From Callorhinchus milii (lineage: Eukaryota), in assembly GCF_018977255.1 (NCBI RefSeq), contig NW_024704742.1:135224001-135288000 (forward strand): 64,000 bases of DNA, in the 5' to 3' direction. Positions 26,265 to 36,625 of the stretch are shown in pieces; position 1 is the stretch's first letter, and each line of letters begins with the position of its first letter. The translations under genes were made by a program, and so were the position numbers. The notes beneath the pieces were generated by a model that saw nothing but the letters and a program-made list of their open reading frames with translations, was not told the DNA's origin and searched no databases.

Positions 26265-29200
26265 GTGAGTAGGCTGAAAAATACATTTAAATATAAAACC
26301 ACATTGCACCTGCGATGATCTGAGTGCTCCCACTTTATATTCTAAGGGTTTTACGCAATACTTCCTCTGATCAACAAAGGGGAAAACCAGATAATACTCT
26401 CAGATTTATGCATTCAGTTGCAATTTAGCTGAATATCGTACATGAGCTTATAAATTCTTCAACCGTGTTGGACAGAACTGGCTTTTATTTTGTGTTCTGA
26501 AGTATTTTATAATAATAATAATAAATATTTTGCACTTGTATCCAGACTCTAAACTTGACATGGCAGAAGTCATAAATCATAAATTCATTGGGGTGAATCA
26601 TAAACTCAAAATAGGCTACCAATGCTCATTGAGTGGCTAAAGGATGTACGAAATATGATCTTAAATAAACTGCTTGGGAATATCGCATTCTTTGTACTGT
26701 GATTTAAGTGAAGTATAGTAATGTGGTAGTTGATCTGTGTCAGTGAAAGACATTTCACTGACAACTATCTCACGAGCCTCACTGTGCAGTGTAGATATTG
26801 TGTGAAATGCAATGTGCAGTAAGAACTTAAAATTCCACCTGGAATTGTACTGTTGCTGCACTACCACACAATCGATGCATAATCTCTCTCTGCCAATAAA
26901 AAAAATCCTGTTTGTTATCCAATATGTGGATATAGGGCACTCAGCTGAATCTATGAATACTTCCTATCAAAGAAGTTGAGTTTATAAGTGTGTTCAAGAT
27001 GTATTCACTCTAGTAGTCATCGCTGAATGTGGGATTCAGTTCTGTTGTCTCTCCTGTTCTCTGGAGCAGTGGTTCTCAACCTTTTTGGGGACAGGATCCA
27101 TTTGTAAACCTAGCAAACAACTTTAGTGCAAAAAACATCTGGCTTTCAAAATATTTCTTACCCATGATATATAATATAATGCAGCAAATAGTAAAATATA
27201 GTATTTGTATAAATCCTGGGTTCCTTAATGAGAAACCCAAGCTCGCTTCTCTTTAGATGAGTTTATCAAAGCTTATAGAAGAATTCCCACTATCAATGTT
27301 ACTTGCAACAGGACAGGTTTAACAATGACTCCATTTCAGTGACAACGAGACCTGCTTCACTGACTAAAATATGCTCCAAACTCTCCACTGCAGAATTACA
27401 GTTCAATGATGGAATGTTGCTTCTGATCGGTTCATCTCTGGCACCTGCTGCTATTTAAATAACTTTTACAGACCTCTTTGCCAGAAGAGCTGGCAGATCC
27501 TAAATTCTCGACATTCAACAACAACTGCTATGTTGTTCATATTAATTCAATGAATGGCCTTTGTAGTTATCACCAACAACTTGCCTTTTATATAGTGCCC
27601 TTCACCCCGGGCAGCTTCCCCGAGCGTTTAAAGCAGGGAAGACAGGAAGGGAATGCGTAGCATTTCCAGTTACTACTATGCACAGTTGTCTGCTGCGTTC
27701 TGGCCAAAAAATTTTTTTTACAGTCACTCCACTTTACAGTACTCAGCAGTGTCCCACAAACAGTCGAGAGGAGGGTAGTAAAAGATGTCTGATCTCACTA
27801 GCCCAGTAACTGGAGATGTTACGCAGCAGGGAGGACAGGCTAAAAAGGTTTCAATTACTTTATATCATCCACAAGCTGTCATGCTGGATATACAATTACA
27901 AGGTCCTTGTAAGCCAAATGGATAAAGGTTTGAAATAAATTTACCTATTGCCAAATATGCGCTTTGCCCACAGAAGTAGAGGAAGGGAGTTTCTCCCAGG
28001 TGTCCTGGCGAACAAATCCCCCAAATAAACTTGGTTGTTCCCTTTGTAGCTGTTTTGTGAGCGATTACTGTGTGTAAATTGGCTGAAGAATACACGCCCA
28101 TTCACTTCACAGTATATCCGTTGAATGATTTGAAACATTCTCCTGAAAGGAAAGATGTCGTATCAAAATGATATCTTAAAGCCTTATACAAGTAATGTAT
28201 TTCTGAGGGCATTTTGATGTTTTACTGTTTGCATTATGTATCTTTGAAATTTCTTGTGTAAAAGTTTATACAAACTCTCAAAACAGAACTTGAGTATATG
28301 GTTTACATTAAAACTATAGTTAACTAGTTTTAGAAGTGGATTATTTGAATTGTTTCTAATTCATAGTATTCCTGTTTCAGCAAACAGCAACGGCCAACAA
28401 CATTTCAGCTACACCATCGTTTTTATTCTTTCGAAACAAAGTGCGAATTGACCAGTTTCACGGAGCAGACGCCAATGGATTGGAAGAGAAAGTTAAACAG
28501 CACCTGGAAAACGATCCTGGAATTAATGAAGACTTGGACATTCCCAAAGGATACGTATGTAGATTTAATGTGCCTGTTTCTATGATGTAAAGCTCTATGA
28601 AATGACTTTTAACAGTTGTTTTCAAGTTCAGTAAACTCCAGATAACTCAACCTTGGCTTAATGTGTTAAGTCGTTGTCCTGGCAAAATATCGCGACCATG
28701 CAAAATATTAATTTGCTTTAGTTGTGACTCTGCTTAACATGTAACTTGTACCCGCGTTACATCAGTCCTTGCCAGGCTCCACTGGCTCCCCATCACAGAA
28801 CGGATCAATTTCAAGATCCTCTCACTTGTCTACAAATCTCTTCACACCCTAGCACCTCCTTAGCTTTCTGACCTGCTTTCTCCCCACTCCACTACTTGCT
28901 GTCTCTGCACGGCTGGCTCTGGCCTCCTGCTTGTCCCTCGTCCCCTCTGCTACACCATTGGGAGCTGCACTTTCAGCCACACCGCCCCCAAGCTTTGGAA
29001 CTCTTCCACCAATCCCTCTGCCTTGCCCCCCATTTCCCCTCTTTTACATCACGATTGAAGACCTTCCGCTTCAACCGAGTGTATGGTCACCTCCTCCCTC
29101 CCCTATGGCTTGGTGTTAGGCTCTGCCACTGTTAAGCACTCCGAGACGCTGCTCCACATGAAGGGCGTTAGTTAAATGCAAGTTGTTAACATGGTCAAAA

Positions 29201-32200
29201 CTCCAGAACAAGAGTGGTACAAACATCAGCTCAACAATAACAACTTGTACTTATATAGCACCCTCCACGTAGGGTAACATCTCAAGGCACTTAACAGAAT
29301 AAAGACGGTCAACAACAAACAAGAAATATGGTGCTTTTCATGTCGGGAGGGTGTTTAGAAGAATTGAATGAAAGAAGAGAAATGGGAAATCCCATGTAGG
29401 CGATGGATTTTTATTTGCTTTAGATCTTTTGTACTTAACTGTTAGTGGAGTCCTGTAGCTCAGTGGTTAGAGCACTCTCTTTGCAAGCGAGAGACCTGAG
29501 TTCAATTCCAGGCAGGGCGAAACCTTGGGCAAGTTTCCTTACTCCACACGCCTAATAATAATCCCTCCAAAAACCCAAAACAATAATTAAATTGGTCATT
29601 TTCAATCTACGACTGTTTGTGGGACATTGCTGTGCGCAATTGGCTGCCGCGTTCGCCCACAAATATACAGTCAATTCACTTTACAGTGTGTTCTGTGAAG
29701 CGCTTTGGGACGTCCTCCCGACGTGAAAAGCGCTATATCAAATGCAAGGATTATTATTATTATTATTAATTCATGACTGAATACTTCACTATGAATTTAA
29801 CAGACTAGTACCACTGTTGTGTCATGTTCTGTGGGCTCTTTAGATTTTTAGCAAAACGTTGTTTAAAGCTACACGGATACGTTTTATTAAGACTTCTTGG
29901 AGACGAACTGTGATTAATGATTATGGGAGAAACCGCCTTTAATATCTTTTCAGCATAGAATTTATAAAGTGTTCTGAAGACCTCTAGTGGCAAAAAGCTA
30001 GTACTCCAGCAAGGTCCTGGTGTTAATTGTAAGTAGACTAATGTGACTTTCAAATGGACATGACAGCTTACTTACGTTTGGTTACCAGAATGCTGGATCC
30101 AAGTTTCTATTGCCCTATGCCTATAATGGATGCATGTGTTTAATATCCCTTACTAGGTTATTGAAGAATCAGTATGTAGACTTTACTTAAACATTACATT
30201 TTAATTCATTTTGTATTTCAGATGGATTTGATGCCATTTATAAACAAAACTGGATGTGAATGTCTTAACGAATGTGACGAACATGGATTTGACAACTGTT
30301 TTCGAAAAGACCCAACATATTTAAGATCAGATTGTGATGAACAGGTGAGACAATTTTGATGGATTTAGAAGAGAATTAAGTTTCATGGACTACTGTTTCC
30401 CTGAATTTGTCCTGCAGCTGTAGTACTTTGAGTAAAATGCACTGTTTTACACATTGTAACTCCTTGTTTATTTTGAGTTGCACTAAAACATTAAGCTATA
30501 TAACCTTTGCACAATACTTCAGTTGGGTTGGGCCAACAACAACAAGATTCTATTTATTGAGCGCCTTTCACATCGGGAGGACGTCCCGAGGCGCTGTACA
30601 GTTAGGTCAGGACCTGAGCAAGGGGGAAATGGTCAGGGTGAGGGGAGGGAAGGGAGGGAGCGAGGAGGGGGTAGAGATTCGAGAGAGGAGCTGAAGACCC
30701 AGGAATCACCCTTCCTGCTAATCTGTTTCAACTATAAATTATTCTGTGTAAATAAATCCTCCCTGGTGTTTGTCCCAAACATGCCCTTCACACCCTTTCC
30801 CTCTTCCTTGAATCATAGTAATTGTGTATGTATTTTAGTGAAAGTCTACATTTTACATTGAAAGCAGGTGACTGTCCTGCTCTGTATCAAAAAGTTGTGT
30901 GTTCAAGATCCAAGTTAAATTTATTGAAAAGCTTCTTGGGTTTTTAAAGTTTCCAACTTCTAGGTGTGTATGTTTTATATCTCCATTCTATGCAAGTTGT
31001 TTAATTTGAGCAATCAAAGCTCAATTAATGTACTCCTGTATTTACAAAATCCGATTCAAAACTCTGCCGTCCATATCCCCATCAGTACCGAACTCTATGC
31101 CCACATCACCCCAGCCCTTGCTCGGCTCCACTGTCTCCTTATTGCAGAAGGCATTGATTTTCGTGATCCTCACACTGCTGTACAATTCACTTCATGCCCT
31201 GACACCTCTTACCTGCAAACGCCCCATTCCTCCAGCTACTCTCTTTGCTCAGCTGGTTCCAGCCTGCATCTCCCTCATCCCCTCCACTCTGCAACTCTAT
31301 CTCAGTCCCTCCATCTTTCATTCTGCTTGTCTGTCTTCCTGAATACCTTCCTCTTTGACTGCCTACAGTCACCCCCCTCTTTCTGGCTCGGCGTCAAGCT
31401 CTCACTATTAAGCAACAACAACAAAATTACATTTGTATAGCCCCTTTCACGGAGGGAGGACGTCCCAAGGCGCTGAAAAACACTCTTAAGATGTTACCCC
31501 GCATGAAAGATGCTACACAAATTCAAGTTATTCTATTTGATCAATTGAAGCCCGATTATGTACACTTGATATCCTTGTTGGTTTATGCCATGTGACATTT
31601 GTCCTCCAAAATGTGTTTATCACCGTATTATAATTGAATCATAAGAATGCATTGGAAAACCTACAAATGTGTAGTTTGTTTCAAAAATAGCATAATTTCT
31701 GCTGCAACTAATTAAAAATTGTTTCTCTTTTATTTTGAAAATAGCTTCTTATGACAATAGCATTTAACCAGCCAGTCAAACTTTTTTCAATGAGGCTTCA
31801 AGGCCCTGAAAACGGTGAGTCCTGCTGTTCTCTTTACCTATTTTCTATCGGCTGTTTTCTCCCTTGCCCCTCCACATGAGGATTGTGACAAACCTTTCTG
31901 TTCCTTTGTAATATTATCTTGCTTTTGAATTTTTTTTCTTGATACTAAAGTCATAGGACATGAGCATTTAAAATTTGAGTAACTCCCAGTTCAGGGCTGA
32001 ATTATAGCACCGTAATACAACCAACTGACATCAGCTGAATTCTTAATTGTTAGTTTTTTTTAAATGCCATTTGCTGCCAGTTCCAATGTCGTACTAACTA
32101 CAACAAAATATACATTCACTATACTTCACAGTAAGGGGGATAGATATTAAGGGATACCTGGTCCTAAAAATGGCTGTAATTTAACAGTGATGATTTAACA

Positions 32201-35200
32201 CAAGCTCTTTCCATTCCTGACTTTCCACTGTACCTGGAATGTTTGATTTCTCAAACGAGTTTGGTTCGACCTGATTTCAGTGCAGTCGTGTCAGTCTCCT
32301 TGGTTTTGTCCTCTCAGGGGAAGCCCCGAAAGTGGTAAAAATCTTCACCAACCTGCCCCGCTCCTTCGATTTTGATGATGCCGAAAGAAGTGAAGCCACC
32401 CAAACCCTGGAACTGGCAGCAGATGACATCAAGGAAGATGGAGTTACACCACTGCGTTACGTCAAGTTTCAGAATGTTAATAGTGTAACAGTAAGGACCG
32501 ATCTACAAGTTTGATTTTAAAAGGCTATTTATTTATTATGTCTTTTTTTGACCAGTCTTATTTTATTCTAATCTCGCGTTGTAGATTGTATAGTAAGTTG
32601 GCTGCTGTGTTTTGCCCACGAAATACAGTCAGTTCACTTCACAGTATATTCTGTGAGGCGCTTGGAGACGTCTCAAAGCCGTGATAATGCACTATATCAA
32701 ATGCAATTATTATTATTGTTGTAGGGTTTTCACCAAACGTTTTGTTGCAAGTAACCTAGATTGGCAGTGAACAGTGACTGTATGCAACAAAGTTGGTTTG
32801 AATGCTCCACAAAATCTTGTAATCAAATTGAAAGCCTCAAGTGGAAACTAGAGTACTCAAATGAAGTAACCATTTGCTCCCTTAGTGATCTTTTGCTTTC
32901 TGTTGTGACTTGGGTCTAATGACATTTTATTACAATACTGGGGAACAGCGCATCAAAGGTCCTGTCTTTTGGAGGAGATATTAACCCAAGGTCCCACCTG
33001 GCTATTCAGGTGGATGATATCGCTCCTATTCAAAAAAGAGAAAACAGTTTCTCCCTTTGTTTCAGCCAACAATCTTCCAGATAAATTGGTCACTTTATTT
33101 TGTGGCTGCTTGCGAACATTTTTGGTTGTAAATGGCTACTCTGTTTGCCGACAAATAGTCACTACATTGAACTTTGAGCTGTTACAATGGGATAAGTGCT
33201 ACGGTAAGCCCTGGCTCTTACCAACCCGTGCTTTATACTCTGAAATTAGGTAAACTGGATATGTCACTCCAGGGAAAGTGCGCATTCCAAACACAGGAAA
33301 TTCCATGTGTAGATGGCATGCATGGAACTCCGTTTGGTTTGGATATTCTTGGTGATGGGGTTCTGAATGTGTCAGACACCCCACTGACCAAAAATGAACA
33401 GGTGCTATGTCATGGCAAGAATTATTAATTTTTCATCCCCTCATATTAGACTTCTTAGCTTTTTTGGGGGAAGGGGAGTGGCATTATTGCATTATCCTGG
33501 CAACAACCCCAAGGAGTCTGAATAAATGACCACTTGTTTATATTTTTTTCAAAAATAATTAATTTAAAGAGATGGTTAGAGATTGAAGTAGCTAAACTGA
33601 GAGGGAAGAGCAATCTAATAAATGTCAGTTTAACCCAGCTTGTCTTTTCTGTTTCCAGCTGTTTGTCAAATCCAACCAGGGAGAGGAGGAAACCACAAGA
33701 ATTGACTTCCTTACCTTTATTGGAACACCTGTGCAAGCCACAAACATGGGTGACTTCAAGCGGGTAGGTTGCAATACATACATCCTTTAGCTCTGATGCC
33801 TTGAGGTATCTTCATTTCCCAGGAGCTGCACACTTTGATAGTATGTACCCACTTAGTAAATAGTCGCACAACCCCAAATGAATCTTATTTAAGCACTCCC
33901 GAGTCATTACTCACATGAAGGGTGAATTACAAGTTTATATCAATACGAGTTGTCAATTAACACTGAACTGCATTATTATGTATTAACTTAAGGTAAGGCG
34001 CTATATAACTAAGTTATCATTTGACGCTAATGGCACAGCTTTAGTCAAATGAAATTGGCAACGGTACAAATTGACATCCAAAGACTTTATTGTATTGTGG
34101 TAGTGATTTATTTTATGTGGAGTCCCGTATAATGGTTAGCGCGCTCACCTCACAAGTGAGAGGACCCAAGTTCTATTCCTGGGCAGGGCAAAACCTTAAG
34201 CAAGTTTCCTTCACCCCAAGCCTCTGTTTATCCAGCACCAAATACAACAACAAGAAGAAGATTCCATTTATAGAGCGCCTTTCACGTCGGGAGGACGTGC
34301 CAAGGCGCTGGACAGTTGGTTGTTAGGAATAGGAACCTGGTTGTTAAATCGATTGGCAGATAGGTTTTGCGAGGATAATCCCTCAAAAACAAAATTGGTC
34401 GTTCATCAATGCTGTTTGTGGGTCACTACTGTGAGCAATTGGCTGCTGTGTTTTATCCATAAAATACAATCAGTTCACTTTACAATGAAGACTGATGAAG
34501 TTTACTGTGGAGAAATGTGAAGTAATACATTTTGGGAGGAAGAATAAGGAGAGGCAATATAAGCTGATGGTATAATCTTAAATAGGGCGAAGTTACAGAG
34601 AGACCTGGGGGTTCATATAAGTAAATCTTTGAAGGTGGCCGGACAGGTAGATAAAGCTCCTAAAAAGCATACGGGATTCTAGGCTTTATAAATAGGGACA
34701 GAGAATATAGAAGTCAGGAAGTTATGATGAACCTTTATAAAACACTGGTTAGGCCTCAGCTAGAGACTGTGTTCAGTTCTAGGCAACAAACTTTAGGAAG
34801 GATATCAAGTAATTGGAAAGGTGCAAAGGAGATTTACCAGAAATGAGGGACTTCAATTATTAGGAGAGGCTAGAGAAGTTAAGATTATTCTCCTAGGAGC
34901 AGAGAAGTTTAAGAGGAGACTTAATAGAAGTTTTCAGAATAATGAGGGGTTCGATAGGGTGAACAAGGAGAAACTATTTCCACTGGTGGGTGGGTTGGTA
35001 ACCCGAGGACACCGATTTGAAATAGTTAAAAGAAACGGGAGGTGAGGAGTCATTTTTTACACAGTGAGTTGTTCAGATCTGCAATGCATTGCCTGAAAGG
35101 GTGGTAGAAGCCGATTCGATAACAGCTTTTAAGATACACCTAGTTAATTATTTGGGGAAGCCTAGTTTGCAGGGCTACAAGAAGAGAGCAGGAGAGTGGG

Positions 35201-35371
35201 ATTGATTTGTATAGCTCTTTTCAAAGAGCTGACACACACCATGGGCTGAAAGGCCTCATTCTGTGCTGTATAATTATATGAAGATGTGATGAGGCTCGAT
35301 ATCAAATGCAAGTATTATTATTATTTTTTCTCTCTTTCTAGGTGGTTGGAAAGAAGGGAGAGAGCCACTAA
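26168..35371 (+). CDS. TXNL1: Thioredoxin-like protein 1, exons 2-8 (join 26168-26264, 28381-28554, 30222-30344, 31745-31814, 32318-32490, 33659-33763, 35342-35371); exon 1 not found
   Basis: Manual splicing at AG/GT sites gives an open frame: (G)CGPCVRIAPAFSRLSSKYPHAIFLEVDVHQCQ-QTATANNISATPSFLFFRNKVRIDQFHGADANGLEEKVKQHLENDPG...-MDLMPFINKTGCECLNE...-LLMTIAFNQPVKLFSM...-VKIFTNLPRSFDFDDAERSEATQ...LRYVKFQNVNSVT-LFVKSNQGEEETTRI...-VVGKKGESH*. This is a Trx domain with CGPC plus a PITH domain. Exon sizes 97/174/123/70/173/105/30 are phase-compatible. Confidence 0.97.
28381..28554 (+). CDS. TXNL1: TXNL1 exon 3
   Basis: tttcag|CAA ACA GCA ... GGA TAC|gtatgt; 174 nt; QTATANNISATPSFLFFRNK...DIPKGY. 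Confidence 0.95.
29445..29767 (+). mobile_element. Full-length young tRNA-Ala-derived SINE, short form (its copy at 16853-16937 is cut by the gap)
   Basis: GTGGAGTCCTGTAGCTCAGTGGTTAGAGC head with TGC anticodon loop and GTTCAATTCC B-box; Deu-derived body; L2-shared tail; (ATT)n. Confidence 0.92.
30222..30344 (+). CDS. TXNL1: TXNL1 exon 4 (start of PITH domain)
   Basis: tttcag|ATG GAT TTG ... GAA CAG|gtgaga; 123 nt; MDLMPFINKTGCECLNECDEHGFDNCFRKDPTYLRSDCDEQ. Confidence 0.95.
31045..31400 (+). mobile_element. L2 LINE fragment
   Basis: IQNSA...HITPALARLH motif in ORF 30964..31440. Confidence 0.75.
31745..31814 (+). CDS. TXNL1: TXNL1 exon 5
   Basis: aatag|CTT CTT ATG ... AAC G|gtgagt; 70 nt; LLMTIAFNQPVKLFSMRLQGPEN. 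Confidence 0.94.
32318..32490 (+). CDS. TXNL1: TXNL1 exon 6
   Basis: ctctcag|GG GAA GCC ... GTA ACA|gtaagg; 173 nt; matches ORF 32332..32514. Confidence 0.95.
33659..33763 (+). CDS. TXNL1: TXNL1 exon 7
   Basis: ttccag|CTG TTT GTC ... AAG CGG|gtaggt; 105 nt; LFVKSNQGEEETTRIDFLTFIGTPVQATNMGDFKR. Confidence 0.95.
34117..35325 (+). mobile_element. Long-form SINE interrupted by an L2 tail (34243-34318, minus) and a CR1 fragment
   Basis: Head and body at 34117-34487; tail resumes at 35282-35325. Confidence 0.75.
34490..35281 (+). mobile_element. CR1 LINE 3' fragment (end of RT and 3' tail)
   Basis: KCEVIHFG, LVRPQLE, VQRRFTR and LFPLVGGLVTRGHRF motifs; tail ctgtgctgtataattatatg. Confidence 0.9.
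35342..35371 (+). CDS. TXNL1: TXNL1 exon 8 coding part (VVGKKGESH*)
   Basis: tttctag|GTG GTT GGA AAG AAG GGA GAG AGC CAC TAA. Confidence 0.94.
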   Translation: MVGKKGESH

Positions 35372-35835
35372 CTAAATGAAGGAAAGATTGGAAAAACTGG
35401 CAGTGTACATACCCAGGATCACATGCGCAATAATACACTCTGGATTCTTGAAATAACAATACTATGACCTTTTGACTTGGTCCCACTAAATCCTGCTTCC
35501 AGATTTGCAATGAAATCATTGTGCAGTTCAAACATTTTGTTGTGGATTGATTACTTCTGATCGATTTGTGCTGAACTGGTGTAATTATTTTCTGGATTAT
35601 AGAGAATTTGTCATTACGCAAGTCACCTTTTGGAAGCCAGCTGAGCTGAGGAAGTTGCACACTTAACCCTCGTTGTAGCTGATCAACACTCTGACACGGC
35701 AGCAGCCTTCTCCATCCTAGCGTCCCACCATGGATTAATTCCTCTGGCAAGATGGAAGCAGTTTCTTGTCCTAAACTTAAAAAGAAATATAGATTACTGC
35801 ATTTGCTGTATATCAATTCAAATGGTTATTGGTTA

Positions 35836-35890
35836 ATTAAATGCTGTTTACCTAATAATGCCAAAAGATTGCTGTTTTGTGGTGTTTGAA
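35836..35890 (+). terminator. Probable TXNL1 polyadenylation signal (ATTAAA plus downstream GU-rich element)
   Basis: ATTAAA at 35836-35841, about 465 nt after the stop codon, followed ~30 nt later by gctgttttgtggtgtttg. Confidence 0.55.
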
Positions 35891-36271
35891 AATTGGAGCT
35901 GTGAGGGTTTATTTTTTGAAAATGTGTGTGGCTGTGTAGTTAGGTCCCACCTTTCTCGTTCAGGTATCTGTCTGTCTGATGCTCTTTGTTTGCTTGTGTG
36001 TGTCTCTCGCTGTGTCTCTCTGTCTCTGGCTGTGTGTGTCTCAGCAAGCTACTGGTCTGGAGCTGTTAATATGAAAAGACTTATTTTGAAAAAGTCTTCC
36101 TCCTAAGAAGATGGTTTATTTTGTTAGAAAGCTCGTGGAATGGATGTGTTGGATTGGTCGGAAAGTGACTTCATTTTCTCATTTTTGACCGATTTTTTTT
36201 TTTTTTTTTTCTTTCAATTTTTCCACTTGGTGGCTTGAAAACAGACAAATTGACAACGGGTTACAGAAACC

Positions 36272-36625
36272 TGGAATCCTGTAGCATAGTAGTTAGTGCG
36301 CTCATCTCAAGTGAGAGAACCCGGACTTGAGTCCCAGCCAGGGTGAAAGTTGGCAAGTTTCCTTACTCCAAACGCCTCTGTTCGCCTCAGAATAAGTAGG
36401 AACCCGGTTGTTAGTTGATTGGTGGATTGCTTCTTGGGATGATAATCGTTCCATATAAACTTGGTCACAACACACAACTGTTTGTGGGACATCTAGTATG
36501 CAATTGGCTGCCGTATTTCACCCACAAATGCACAGTCAATCCACTTTACAGTATATTCAGTGAAGCGCTTTGAGACTTCTCAACGATGTGATAAAGTACT
36601 TTGTGAAATGCAAGGATCGTTATTA
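36272..36625 (+). mobile_element. tRNA/Deu SINE, long form
   Basis: Head, long-form insert, body and tail recognisable. Confidence 0.8.

Larger units (their letters stand above)
16963..29527 (+). repeat. 12 kb direct duplication, copy 2
   Basis: Near-identical to 4836-16937 apart from SNPs, a 110-bp indel and the G-rich array region. Confidence 0.97.

Noticed and set aside
29445..29520. tRNA-Ala-like sequences (many copies)
   Set aside because: They are SINE heads: no proper acceptor stem, and always attached to the Deu body.
35460..35520. Possible SECIS element in the TXNL1 3'UTR (ATGA...AAA...TGA)
   Set aside because: Spacing is wrong, the active-site codons are TGT, and there is no in-frame TGA.
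35274..35816. 180-aa minus-strand ORF over the TXNL1 3'UTR
   Set aside because: No homology cues, and it ends in SINE-tail translation; likely chance.
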